A stretch of DNA of 64,000 nt from Deinococcales bacterium (GCA_043778225.1 JAYWGM010000061.1:2010-66009); one strand, 5' to 3'. Positions 26,493-35,916 are shown, numbered from the stretch's first letter. The notes: a model not told the origin generated them from the sequence alone. Numbers and translations are program-made.

Positions 26493-26840
26493 ATGGCTCG
26501 CATCAATCCAAATTTGCAAGAACAGCTACCGAATTCCTCTAAGGTTTTGCGAGCAGAGCCACAGTTATCTAATTCCTTATTGGGTGTTTGGAGTGCGGCT
26601 TCGGCACGCCAAGCCTGGACAAGCCTGAATGTACTGGCAGACCAACGGGTCAAAATTACAGCAGGCAACAAAGTCATGAGCGGTGTCATCGAGAGCCATG
26701 CCAGTGGCGAACTGCTTTTAACTTTATATGCTGGGGCTGGTGAAACCACGGTACAATTGGCTGGGACTTGGCAAATTCACGATTCAGAATTGCGCTTTGA
26801 GTTCAAAGCCACCGATATGGTTTTTATCCGCGTGCGTTAG
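26493..26840 (+). CDS. Hypothetical protein
   Basis: The track ORF starts at TTG 26487. ATG is at 26493. No motif recognised. Confidence 0.4.
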   Translation: MARINPNLQEQLPNSSKVLRAEPQLSNSLLGVWSAASARQAWTSLNVLADQRVKITAGNKVMSGVIESHASGELLLTLYAGAGETTVQLAGTWQIHDSELRFEFKATDMVFIRVR

Positions 26841-27063
26841 AATGACCGCCAAGACCTCGAGAACCTGATTGTGTTGCCCCACACAAGCCCATCACTCGAG
26901 AATTGACACTTGTATCGGGCTGTGGCTACAGATTTTCTCACCGCTTTTGATTCGCTTGGCAAGGGCTGCGGATTCAGGTATTGCCGAGTCCTGGAGTTCT
27001 ACCTACATAAATGTGAGCGCGGCACTGGCTGCACTCAAGACGGTTCTAAGCTAAACTGTTTTT

Positions 27064-28230
27064 ATGACCCAAGCCAGAATTACCCGCGTTAGGCTCGAGA
27101 ATTATAAAAGCATCAAGTTTTGTGATGTCAAACTCGAGCCTATAACTGTGCTGGTTGGACAGAACGGCAGTGGGAAAAGTAATTTTTTAGATGCCTTAGT
27201 GTTCACTCGAGATTTATTACTGCAAAATCTGGATTTTGCAATTCAGGAACGTGGTAACTTTTTTGAAATTGCTCGTAAAGAAGGTGTACAACAAGCCCCG
27301 AGTTTTTCGGTCTTACTTGAAGTTACAGTTGGTCAAGAGTGCCTTGCACTGTATTATCAAATTGCATTTGAAGAAAAACCAATCATCAAAGAGCAATACT
27401 TGAAGAATGAGCAGGGTGAATATTTATACAAAATTGCAGAGAATGATATTTTAATCAACTCGATTCATCTGATAGAGCATCTTTTCACCAGTCACCTTGG
27501 TATTTCGGTCAAAAGTGACTCAGATGTCAATGTCAAGGGCTTGGTGAATGTTTTTTTGCTTTTATTGCAATTTCTAAATCCTATACCAGAACATATGCGT
27601 CCACCCCAAAATCCTAATTTTTTTAACTGGTTCAAAGCTGATGGATCAAATATGGATTCGGTCTATCAAAAACTCGAGCAAGGGCAAGCTCAAAAGGTTA
27701 GAAAAATCAAGCACTACTTAGGTCTAGTCAACCCAGATATTATTGATATTGAAGTGAACAATGTCAGTAATTATCTGCTTGTGGATTTTCTGGGTAAATC
27801 ATCTCGCTTCAATAAAAGTGCCGCATCAGATGGAACGCTAAGTGCATGGGCATTGATAACTGCATTGTTTTATTGTGACGACTTAAAAAACTCAAAGCTA
27901 CTTGCCGATACAGGTTGTATTCTAATCCTCGAAGAACCCGAAGCGCATTTATACCCAACGGCATTAGAAATTCTCCTCATTCTGATACGCCAAGTTGTAC
28001 CAACTGTACAGATTTTATTGTCTACACACAGCCCAGTTTTACTCGAGAAAATTGAACTTGCTTCTGGTAAAGAAAAAATTTTGGTGGTAGAAACATTTAA
28101 TGGTGAAACAATCATTGATGAGATAGATACAGCCAGTCGTAATGTTGTTCACAAAAAACTATTTGACCTCGGCGAACTTTTAACCATGAATCAACTTGAA
28201 CCAAAAGCAATTGCTGGAAAAGCCCGATGA
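27064..28230 (+). CDS. ABC/OLD-type AAA ATPase (AAA_15/AAA_21-like), candidate defence ATPase
   Basis: 388 aa. N-terminus ITRVRLENYKSIKFCDVKLEPITVLVGQNGSGKSNFLDAL (Walker A). C-terminus ILILEEPEAHLYP (Walker B/D-loop) and LLSTHSP (H-loop). Confidence 0.8.
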   Translation: MTQARITRVRLENYKSIKFCDVKLEPITVLVGQNGSGKSNFLDALVFTRDLLLQNLDFAIQERGNFFEIARKEGVQQAPSFSVLLEVTVGQECLALYYQIAFEEKPIIKEQYLKNEQGEYLYKIAENDILINSIHLIEHLFTSHLGISVKSDSDVNVKGLVNVFLLLLQFLNPIPEHMRPPQNPNFFNWFKADGSNMDSVYQKLEQGQAQKVRKIKHYLGLVNPDIIDIEVNNVSNYLLVDFLGKSSRFNKSAASDGTLSAWALITALFYCDDLKNSKLLADTGCILILEEPEAHLYPTALEILLILIRQVVPTVQILLSTHSPVLLEKIELASGKEKILVVETFNGETIIDEIDTASRNVVHKKLFDLGELLTMNQLEPKAIAGKAR

Positions 28231-28835
28231 GTTTACTGATTCAACCAATTGTTGAAGGTCAGGGTGAAGTGCTTGCAACTCGAACCTTAATCACTCGAAT
28301 TGCTGCGACTTTTTGGAATCCTGACAGCTATGTTGAAGTGCTTCGCCCTATTTTAATTCATCGAACCAAAATTGATATTGCGTCAGAACTAGAAAATCGT
28401 ATTGAGTTAGCTCGACAAAAAATTCATGCCTCTGATTCAAATGGTGGTATTCTTGTTTTGTTTGATAGCGATGATGATTGCCCAGCAACTCTAGCGCCTA
28501 AATTGCTTGAGCGAGCTAAGAATGCCTGTATAGATGTGCCAATTAGTGTGGTTATGGCGCATCGAGAATATGAAACATGGTTTCTTGCTGCCGCTTCTTC
28601 TATTGAAGCACTCAAAAATGCTTTGCCACACCCTGACCCCGAAAGTAAACGTGGTGCAAAAGAATGGCTATCACGGCATATGACCGACAGTTACGAACCA
28701 ACAGATTACCAAACCTCATTTACTACACAATTTGATTTGCATCTGGCTCGAGAAAATGCGCCTTCGTTTGATAAGCTCTGCCGTGATTTAACCGCTATGC
28801 TAACCGAACTTTCTAATACCCCTCCGCCGCCGTGA
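28227..28835 (+). CDS. DUF4276-like protein (Toprim-like acidic motifs)
   Basis: 202 aa, ATGA overlap with the ATPase. IQPIVEGQGE near the N-terminus, LFDSDDDCP (DxD-like) and REYETWFLAA match my memory of the DUF4276 pattern. Confidence 0.65.
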   Translation: MSLLIQPIVEGQGEVLATRTLITRIAATFWNPDSYVEVLRPILIHRTKIDIASELENRIELARQKIHASDSNGGILVLFDSDDDCPATLAPKLLERAKNACIDVPISVVMAHREYETWFLAAASSIEALKNALPHPDPESKRGAKEWLSRHMTDSYEPTDYQTSFTTQFDLHLARENAPSFDKLCRDLTAMLTELSNTPPPP

Positions 28836-29502
28836 GACTCGAGACGAGTGCCAGCGCGGCGGTTTCCGCTCGTAAAATCCGTTTTCCCAGCGTCACACGA
28901 ACAATCCCTTTTTGCTCGAGCAGTGCAATTTCGTGGCTCGAGAATCCACCTTCAGGTCCAGAAATAATTGTAAAAGGCGCATCCCAACTTACGGCTTCTC
29001 GAGGCAGTAAGCTCGAGTGCGGGTGCGCCACAATGGCGGGGGAAGTTAGGCTCGAAAGTGGCATTGGCTCGAAAACGCTGGGGATTACATTGCGCTGGCA
29101 TTGCTTGGCGGCTTCGGTGGCAATGCGCCTCAGTCGCTCGAGTTTCTGTGTGCCAATTTCTTTGACTTCGCTGTGCTGAGTAATCAAAAGCTGGATGCTC
29201 GAGACTCCAAGCTCGGTGGCAGCGCGTACCACATCGGATAACTTATCGGCTTTTAACAAGGCAATGGCTAAAGTAATGCTTTGTGGTGGCTCGAGGCTGC
29301 TGGCGGTGGCTGGCTCGAGTTCAACTACAAATTGTAGTTCAGTAACCTCGAGAATAATGCCGATTGCCTCGAGTCCAGCCCCATTAAAAACCGTAATTGA
29401 ATCGCCAACTTTGGCTCGAAGCACCCGCAAATGTGCCGCCTCGAGACTGGATATTTGAATAATTGGCTCGAGATGTGCATGAAAGGTTCGGTGTGGGCGC
29501 AT
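28813..29502 (-). CDS. rsmE: 16S rRNA (uracil1498-N3)-methyltransferase
   Basis: 229 aa. C-terminal SPOUT motif IISGPEGGFSSHEIALL..G...V.LG.RILRAETA. The 3' end overlaps the DUF4276 gene by 23 nt. Confidence 0.85.
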   Translation of the reverse strand: MRPHRTFHAHLEPIIQISSLEAAHLRVLRAKVGDSITVFNGAGLEAIGIILEVTELQFVVELEPATASSLEPPQSITLAIALLKADKLSDVVRAATELGVSSIQLLITQHSEVKEIGTQKLERLRRIATEAAKQCQRNVIPSVFEPMPLSSLTSPAIVAHPHSSLLPREAVSWDAPFTIISGPEGGFSSHEIALLEQKGIVRVTLGKRILRAETAALALVSSLTAAEGY

Positions 29503-29556
29503 AGAAAAAGTTTAACCCCTCAAGTCATCTCGAGGGGTTTTGGCGCAGAATAAAGT

Positions 29557-30180
29557 TTAGAGTTTGATTTCGCCGCTTCCAGCACCAAATGTAATACCCA
29601 AGGTGCAACCGCTCAAGGCTGGGCTGGTGGCTACGGTGGCATCAACTTTGACGCTGTTTGGGGTTGGCGCAGTGCTGATGATGTTGATTGCAGTGGCGAG
29701 GTTTGGAATAGCAAACAATAAAGCTGCTGTATTTAAGCCACTAACCACACCAGCTGGTGTGATGTTAAAGGTAAAGGTTGGGATGGTTGCAGTCACCGAG
29801 CGAACCACAGGTGGTGTTGCGGTTGTCGAGTCGCTCACAACCACAGTCATGTTCGAGACAGTTACGGCAATGCTGGTTGCGTTGCCAAGTGCAAGGCAGC
29901 CAGCCGAGATTGAGGCGCTGGCGATAGCCAATTGAACATTGAAAGAAGATGGCGTAAATGGAATGGCGGTGGTCAAGTCAGCAAAGGTGGCACTGACGGT
30001 TGCGTTGCCTTGTCCTGCCACTTGTGGGCGAATGGACGCGCCAGTTGCCGAAAGTGGTGCGCTTAAAACTGCGCCGCTTAATCCCAGTGGATTGTCAACT
30101 TTGACGGGTGGAATCAGTCCACAACTTGCGAATACAGCACTTAATCCGAGGGCGGCACCTAGTAATACTACTTTTTTCAT
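29557..30180 (-). CDS. Lipoprotein, Ala/Thr/Ser/Val-rich
   Basis: Signal peptide plus lipobox VFASC. Low-complexity beta-rich sequence. No family recognised. Confidence 0.6.
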   Translation of the reverse strand: MKKVVLLGAALGLSAVFASCGLIPPVKVDNPLGLSGAVLSAPLSATGASIRPQVAGQGNATVSATFADLTTAIPFTPSSFNVQLAIASASISAGCLALGNATSIAVTVSNMTVVVSDSTTATPPVVRSVTATIPTFTFNITPAGVVSGLNTAALLFAIPNLATAINIISTAPTPNSVKVDATVATSPALSGCTLGITFGAGSGEIKL

Positions 30181-30323
30181 ATGTCCTCCATACCCTGATA
30201 CCTAGTCTTTCGACCAGCCCGCATCATGAGGTTTAATACAGTTTAGATTTTAACTCATTTTCCGTCACAGGAACGTCAAATCAAAAAAGTGCTTTGTGGT
30301 ACAACTCGAGTTAGAATAACAAA

Positions 30324-31967
30324 ATGGCAATTCGGGTCTTACCAGAGTCTTTACGGCGTGAAATTGCGGCGGGTGAAATTATTGCCCGACCAAGCGACGC
30401 GGTTAAAGAATTGCTCGAGAATGCCCTCGATGCTGGGGCAACCCGAATCGAAGTGCTGTTGCGCGGGGCTGGACTGGATTTAATTAGGGTATCAGATGAC
30501 GGGGCGGGGATTGCCGCCCAAGAAGTCGAATTGGCTTTAGAGCGCTTTGCAACCAGTAAACTCGAGACGATAGAAACCATTGCCACCCTCGGTTTTCGTG
30601 GTGAAGCCTTATGGAGCATGGCATTTGCCGCCGATGTGGTGCTGACCACTCGCCCAAAAAATCAGCTTGGTGGCTCGAGATTAACCGTGCTGGACGGTGA
30701 GCGCACTTTAACAAAAGTCACCAGTCCATCCGGTACAACTGTTGAAGTGCAAAAATTATTTGCCCGTTTTCCAGCCCGTAAAGCTGGCTTAGAAAGTGCT
30801 GCCCTCGAGACCCGACGTGTTATCAATCTGGTACAGCGTTATGTGCTGCATCACCCAAGTGTGGCATGGCGTGTGACTGTTGAAACAGATGTACGCCTTA
30901 ACCACACGCCCAGTAATTTCCGCGAGGCAGTCGCCACAGTTTACGGCGCAATGACCGCTAACCGTTTGCTCAGCCTTGACTTTGAGCAAAACGGTGTGCG
31001 GGTAACAGGGGTGATTACCCGCCCCGAACTTGCCCGACCGCGCACTGACCGAATGCACGTGGCAATCAACAACCGCCCAGTCGAACTCGAGACCAACATC
31101 GAAAATGCTGTGCTGCGGGCGTTGAGTAGCTTATTGCCCAAGAACCATGCTCCGAGTATGGTCTTAAATATCGTTGTGCCGCCCGAAACGGTTAATCAAA
31201 ACGCCCACCCCGGAAAATTGCGGGTGGCGTTGCTCGAGGCAAAACGAGTCGAAGCTGTGGTCGAAGCCGCGATTGCCCAAGTTCTGGTGGCTCAGCCACT
31301 TGCCCCCAGTGCGCCCGAGCCAAGAATTGTCCAAGCCCCACAAGCCATTCGGTCAGTCTTCCCAGAACTGCGTTTGATTGGCACATACCGCGATACCTAT
31401 TTGCTTGCCGAAAGTACCGACGGCGATTTATGGTTACTCGACCAACACGCCGCCCATGAACGAATTATCTTTGAAGAACTCGAAGATGGATTCGAGACTG
31501 CCCAAGCCCTCGAGTTACCTAAGCCTGAGTTATTGACCCTGCCGCCAGATGTTGAACTTGCACTCGAGACACGGCGCGAAGAACTGCAAACTTGGGGCTT
31601 TAGCTTCGAGAATTTTGGCGGTGGGTTGCACCGCATTGCCAGTATTCCAGCCGCCTTGATTGCGCTGCGCCTCGAGACGGTTGTGGATGTGCTATCTCGA
31701 GCCTTAAATGCTCCCGATGCCCGCCGTGATTTTTTGGCACGAATGGCGTGTTTACCGGCGATTAAAGCCGGACACAAACTTTTAGAAGCTGAGGCAATTG
31801 TGCTGCTAGAGACGCTACGGGCTTGCCGTGTGCCGTGGGCGTGTCCGCACGGCAGACCGACGGCGCTAAAATTAAGCGAACGGGATTTAGCGCATCAATT
31901 TGGACGGCGCAGCCCAAGGGATGTAGCCAGCAGCCCAAAAGAGGTTGCTCGAGAAGTAAAGGTTTGA
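30324..31967 (+). CDS. mutL: DNA mismatch repair protein MutL (endonuclease-type)
   Basis: 547 aa. GHKL motifs VKELLENALDAGA and DDGAGI. C-terminal endonuclease motif DQHAAHERIIFE. Confidence 0.95.
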   Translation: MAIRVLPESLRREIAAGEIIARPSDAVKELLENALDAGATRIEVLLRGAGLDLIRVSDDGAGIAAQEVELALERFATSKLETIETIATLGFRGEALWSMAFAADVVLTTRPKNQLGGSRLTVLDGERTLTKVTSPSGTTVEVQKLFARFPARKAGLESAALETRRVINLVQRYVLHHPSVAWRVTVETDVRLNHTPSNFREAVATVYGAMTANRLLSLDFEQNGVRVTGVITRPELARPRTDRMHVAINNRPVELETNIENAVLRALSSLLPKNHAPSMVLNIVVPPETVNQNAHPGKLRVALLEAKRVEAVVEAAIAQVLVAQPLAPSAPEPRIVQAPQAIRSVFPELRLIGTYRDTYLLAESTDGDLWLLDQHAAHERIIFEELEDGFETAQALELPKPELLTLPPDVELALETRREELQTWGFSFENFGGGLHRIASIPAALIALRLETVVDVLSRALNAPDARRDFLARMACLPAIKAGHKLLEAEAIVLLETLRACRVPWACPHGRPTALKLSERDLAHQFGRRSPRDVASSPKEVAREVKV

Positions 31968-32048
31968 CGTTAGCTCGAGACACGCCCAAGCAGCCAGAGC
32001 TTCAAGCTGGAGAATACAAAAGCACAGATAGTTCAGCCCCTCGTCTGA

Positions 32049-32154
32049 CTCGCCTTAGGCTCGTCACCTTCCCCCAAGTCGCTTTGCTGGGGAGGGTTGG
32101 GGTGCGAGCTTTTGACCTTGAAACCCCTCATGGAGGGGTCGAGCCTAAGGCGAG
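32049..32154. repeat. 106-bp element bounded by perfect 15-bp inverted repeats (CTCGCCTTAGGCTCG / CGAGCCTAAGGCGAG) with an internal hairpin
   Basis: Arms at 32049-32063 and 32140-32154. Inner hairpin ACCCCTC-ATG-GAGGGGT at 32123-32139. G/C-rich interior. Confidence 0.8.
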
Positions 32155-32280
32155 CGCCCAAAGCCCGAAGGTGCTGCTTCAGGGGCAAGAGAGGGGGAGT
32201 ACGTGAGAGATGACATTTTTTCGATTAGTCGCCTAGAAAATAGACACGAGTTGCAGATAGTGCCAACTCTAATTAGTATC

Positions 32281-32679
32281 TTAGGGTAAACGTGGTGGTG
32301 GATTGTTACCATAATCAGGATATTTTGTTGCAATAACACCCTTATCTGTTTCAAAGGATAACCAACACGCAGCAAACTTTGGAATTTTTACGGATAATTC
32401 AAAAGTGGTTTGGGCTTTTGGGTCGAGTGTCGTAGCTTTGACATAACTCGAGTCTTGGGCGACTAACACTTTACGATCTTTATCCTGAAAATATTCTGCT
32501 GTCACTTTAAGGTATTTAATCTGATTAGCACTGACATTTTGTACTGTGCCATATAACTTTGAATAACCAATCGTGTCGGGTACATCGCAGTTCCAGCGAA
32601 GAACCTCGAGAATGGGCGTAACTTGTTGCGCGGTAGCTGATGCTATTAAGACTGATCCAAGAATTAACCACTTTTTCAT
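32281..32679 (-). CDS. Small secreted protein (FxLYD-like beta-sandwich guess)
   Basis: 132 aa. Signal peptide MKKWLILGSVLIASATA. The family guess is weak. Confidence 0.5.
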   Translation of the reverse strand: MKKWLILGSVLIASATAQQVTPILEVLRWNCDVPDTIGYSKLYGTVQNVSANQIKYLKVTAEYFQDKDRKVLVAQDSSYVKATTLDPKAQTTFELSVKIPKFAACWLSFETDKGVIATKYPDYGNNPPPRLP

Positions 32680-32732
32680 AAACTCCTTCGCTGCTTTTTT
32701 GGATAAGATTAGGTTGGTAGTCTCCCATTTGC

Positions 32733-34703
32733 TTACTTTGTCAATGTCTCGAGAACAACCTTAACCACATTCTCCACATTAAATCCGAGTTCCTTAAATA
32801 CTACCGCATCTGGCGCACTTGCCCCGTACCTGTCGAGCGTCACCGTGCTGCCATCTAAGCCCACAAAGCGCTCCCAGCCGAGGCTCGAGCCAGCCTCAAT
32901 CGCCACCCTAGCGCGGATGCTGTTAGGCAGCACACTTTCTTTGTACTCGGCACTTTGGCTCGAGTAAATATCCCATGATAATAAACTGACGACTCGGGCT
33001 TTTTTGCCTTGCTCGAGCAGTGCCTTTTGCGCCTCGAGTGCCAAACTGACTTCGCTGCCAGTAGCGATGAGGATTACATCTGGTGTACCGTCTGAATCTG
33101 CAACAATGTAGCCACCTTTGGCGGCGTTGGCGTTAATCTCGAGAACGGGTAAATCTTGGCGGCTAAGAATAATCGCGGTTGGCTTATGTTGTTGCTCGAG
33201 GGCAATTTTCCATGCCACACTGGTTTCGTTGGCATCGGCTGGGCGAATCACGCTTAGGTTTGGTATGGCTCGTAAGGCTGCCAAATGCTCGATCGGTTGG
33301 TGCGTTGGTCCATCTGTGCCTACGCCAATGCTGTCGTGCGTAAAAACATAAATCACGGGTTGGTGCATCAGGGCTGCCATGCGGATGGCGTTTTTCATGT
33401 AATCCGAAAAGGTAAAGAATGTTGCTATAAACGGGCGCAGTCCAACCAGTGCCATCCCGTTTGCCATACCCGCCATGCCAAATTCGCGCACCCCAAAGTT
33501 GATGTTGCGGGCTGCTAAGTTATCCCTTGTCATGGCTGGTTCGCCTTTAATGACTGTCATGTTGCTGCTGCTCAGGTCGGCACTGCCACCAATCAGACGT
33601 GGCTCGAGTTTCACCAGCGCGTTAATACTGTCACCGCCAGCGTTGCGGGTGCGTACCATTTTGCCGACTTCGTACTTGGGCATCTGCTCGAGTGGGTAGT
33701 GCTGGGTTGGGTTTTGCATCATGCTCAGGAGTTCTTGGGCGAGTTCTGGGTAGGCTGCCATGTACGCGCCGTACTTGGCGTTGCCAGCTGCCTCGAGTGC
33801 CGCACCTTTTGCTCCAGCCTCGAGCCACGGCGCTGCGCCTTCTGGGTCTATAAAAAATGGCTCGAGGTTACTAAAACCATAGTGTTTCTTGGCAAAAATC
33901 ACGTCGTCCGCACTGGGGGCTTTGCCGTGAACATCTGCAAGTCCCGCTTTTGGCAGTCCGTAGCCAATCGTGGTTTTGACCTTGATTAAACTTGGGCGTG
34001 GGTCGGCTTGGGCGGCTCTAATCGCATTCTCGAGTCCAGTATAATCGGTGTCGCCGTCGGTAATCTCGAGAACGTGCCAGTTATAGGACATAAAACGCTG
34101 GGTAATATCCTCAGAAAATGCCCATTGGGTTGGACCATCTAACTGAATTTCGTTGTCGTCGTAAAGCATAATCAGCTTACCTAGCCCAAGATGCCCTGCC
34201 AGACTGGCGGTTTCGTGCGAAATCCCTTCTTGCAGGTCGCCGTCCGAGCAAATACCGTAGACAAAACCATCCACAATTTCGTGCTGGTCGCGGTTGTAAC
34301 GAGCCGCTAAATGCTGCAAACTCAATGCCATACCGACGGCATTGGCAAAGCCTTGCCCCAATGGACCGGTTGTGGTTTCGACTCCGACGGTGTGTCCAAC
34401 TTCGGGGTGTCCTGCCGTGGCACTGCCCCATTGCCTAAATTGCTTAATCTGCTCAAGCGGCAAGTCGTAACCCGTTAAATGCAGCGCTGCATATTGCAGC
34501 ATACTGCCATGACCAGCGCTTAAAACAAACCTATCTCGAGCTAACCAAGCTGGGTTTTTAGGGTTGTAGCGCATGATTTTTGTCCACAGCACATAGCCAA
34601 TCGCCGCCATGCCAAGTGGCGCACCGGGGTGTCCTTCCTTGGCTTTACAGATGGCATCGAGGGCGAGGGCGCGGAGGGTATTGACGGCAAGGGTGTCATT
34701 CAT
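32733..34703 (-). CDS. tkt: Transketolase
   Basis: 656 aa. N-terminus AVNTLRALALDAICKAKEGHPGAPLGMA. TPP motif CSDGDLQEGISHE. Confidence 0.95.
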   Translation of the reverse strand: MNDTLAVNTLRALALDAICKAKEGHPGAPLGMAAIGYVLWTKIMRYNPKNPAWLARDRFVLSAGHGSMLQYAALHLTGYDLPLEQIKQFRQWGSATAGHPEVGHTVGVETTTGPLGQGFANAVGMALSLQHLAARYNRDQHEIVDGFVYGICSDGDLQEGISHETASLAGHLGLGKLIMLYDDNEIQLDGPTQWAFSEDITQRFMSYNWHVLEITDGDTDYTGLENAIRAAQADPRPSLIKVKTTIGYGLPKAGLADVHGKAPSADDVIFAKKHYGFSNLEPFFIDPEGAAPWLEAGAKGAALEAAGNAKYGAYMAAYPELAQELLSMMQNPTQHYPLEQMPKYEVGKMVRTRNAGGDSINALVKLEPRLIGGSADLSSSNMTVIKGEPAMTRDNLAARNINFGVREFGMAGMANGMALVGLRPFIATFFTFSDYMKNAIRMAALMHQPVIYVFTHDSIGVGTDGPTHQPIEHLAALRAIPNLSVIRPADANETSVAWKIALEQQHKPTAIILSRQDLPVLEINANAAKGGYIVADSDGTPDVILIATGSEVSLALEAQKALLEQGKKARVVSLLSWDIYSSQSAEYKESVLPNSIRARVAIEAGSSLGWERFVGLDGSTVTLDRYGASAPDAVVFKELGFNVENVVKVVLETLTK

Positions 34704-34791
34704 CGCCCTTCATCATACAAATTTGGCTGGCTCGAGATATAAGAGTTGAATTTGGTCTAAAACAATTCCAAAAACAGGTAAGCTATCAAGC

Positions 34792-35034
34792 GTGAATAAG
34801 TACCAAATGCCGCCTCTAACCGCGATTCGTTTTGCCATGCTGGCGCTGCTGGCTGGTTTACTGGTGGCACTGGCGCTTGGTGTGGCTGTGCCGCGTCTGG
34901 TCATCGTGCTGTTGATTGTTGCCCAAGCAGGATTGCGTTTTTTTGTCAGCCGCCACGACCCCAAACTTCGTAACTCGAGCCTCTTTCAAATGCTGGTGTC
35001 AACCGTGCTTGGCTATCTCATTCTGACCAGTTAA
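34792..35034 (+). CDS. Small membrane protein (80 aa)
   Basis: GTG start (alternative ATG 34807). Two hydrophobic helices. Confidence 0.4.
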   Translation: MNKYQMPPLTAIRFAMLALLAGLLVALALGVAVPRLVIVLLIVAQAGLRFFVSRHDPKLRNSSLFQMLVSTVLGYLILTS

Positions 35035-35043
35035 ACTCTGACC

Positions 35044-35916
35044 ATGACTGAAGACTGGCTAAGTTCATTATCTCGAGCCTCGAGTGCAGTCTTGGCGCAA
35101 ATTGGGGCAGTGGTCGGACGCGCCCCATTGGAAATCATCAATGGGGCAATCAATAAAAAGGCTTTTGAATTGCACAGCAACCTCAAATACGGCTTATTAG
35201 AGCGACAAGTGCTGGATTTATATCTTGTGCCAAAGGCTGTGGCTACACTGGTTTTTGTTCATGGTGGCTATTGGGATGCGGGCAGCAAAGACGAATATCC
35301 TTTTGTTGCCGAAAGTCTGTGCCTAGCTGGTTTTAGTGTCGCGGTGGTCAATTATCGGCTTGCTCCAGATGGCGTTTTTCCACGGATGGTGCAGGATGTG
35401 GCTTTAAGCATTCAATGGTTGTTGCGTCAATTGCCAATTTACGGCATCACCTCGAGCAAATTAGGTTTACTTGGGCATTCGGCAGGAGCGCACATCATTG
35501 CGCTGTTGTGTGTCAATCCAATTTATCTCGAGCGGGTCGGGCTTAACCGCCAAGTAATTAGCGCCAGTGTTGGCATTTCAGGACCTTATGATTTTCTCGA
35601 GTGGCTCGAGACCGACCCTCGGGCGCAAAAAGCCATGGGCGCACGCGAACAGTGGCTCGAGACCCAACCAGCTTTGATTGCCGATGGCAAAAACCCACCA
35701 ATGTTGCTGCTGCATGGCGCGAAAGATACCCTGTGCAGTCCAGCCCACGCGCCGCGCCTTGCCCACGAGATTCGACAACGTGGCGGCGACGTGGACTGGA
35801 AAGCCTACGAAAATCTCGATCATTTTAGAATTATTGGGGCGTTTTCTAAGTTGCTGCGTTTTCTCGAGCCAAAGGTTTTAGATGATACAGTCGCGTTTTT
35901 TAAGTCGCATTTTTAG
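35044..35916 (+). CDS. Alpha/beta hydrolase (esterase/lipase-type)
   Basis: 290 aa. HGGYW oxyanion motif, GHSAGAH nucleophile elbow, LLLHGAKD. Confidence 0.85.
   Translation: MTEDWLSSLSRASSAVLAQIGAVVGRAPLEIINGAINKKAFELHSNLKYGLLERQVLDLYLVPKAVATLVFVHGGYWDAGSKDEYPFVAESLCLAGFSVAVVNYRLAPDGVFPRMVQDVALSIQWLLRQLPIYGITSSKLGLLGHSAGAHIIALLCVNPIYLERVGLNRQVISASVGISGPYDFLEWLETDPRAQKAMGAREQWLETQPALIADGKNPPMLLLHGAKDTLCSPAHAPRLAHEIRQRGGDVDWKAYENLDHFRIIGAFSKLLRFLEPKVLDDTVAFFKSHF

Noticed and set aside
31968-32280. SRP RNA, 6S RNA or tRNA in the structured mutL-downstream region
   Set aside because: I could not find the conserved SRP domain IV motif (GGAAGGAAGCAGCC-like) or a tRNA T-arm/cloverleaf. No tRNA-like GGTTCGA motifs were seen anywhere in the window.
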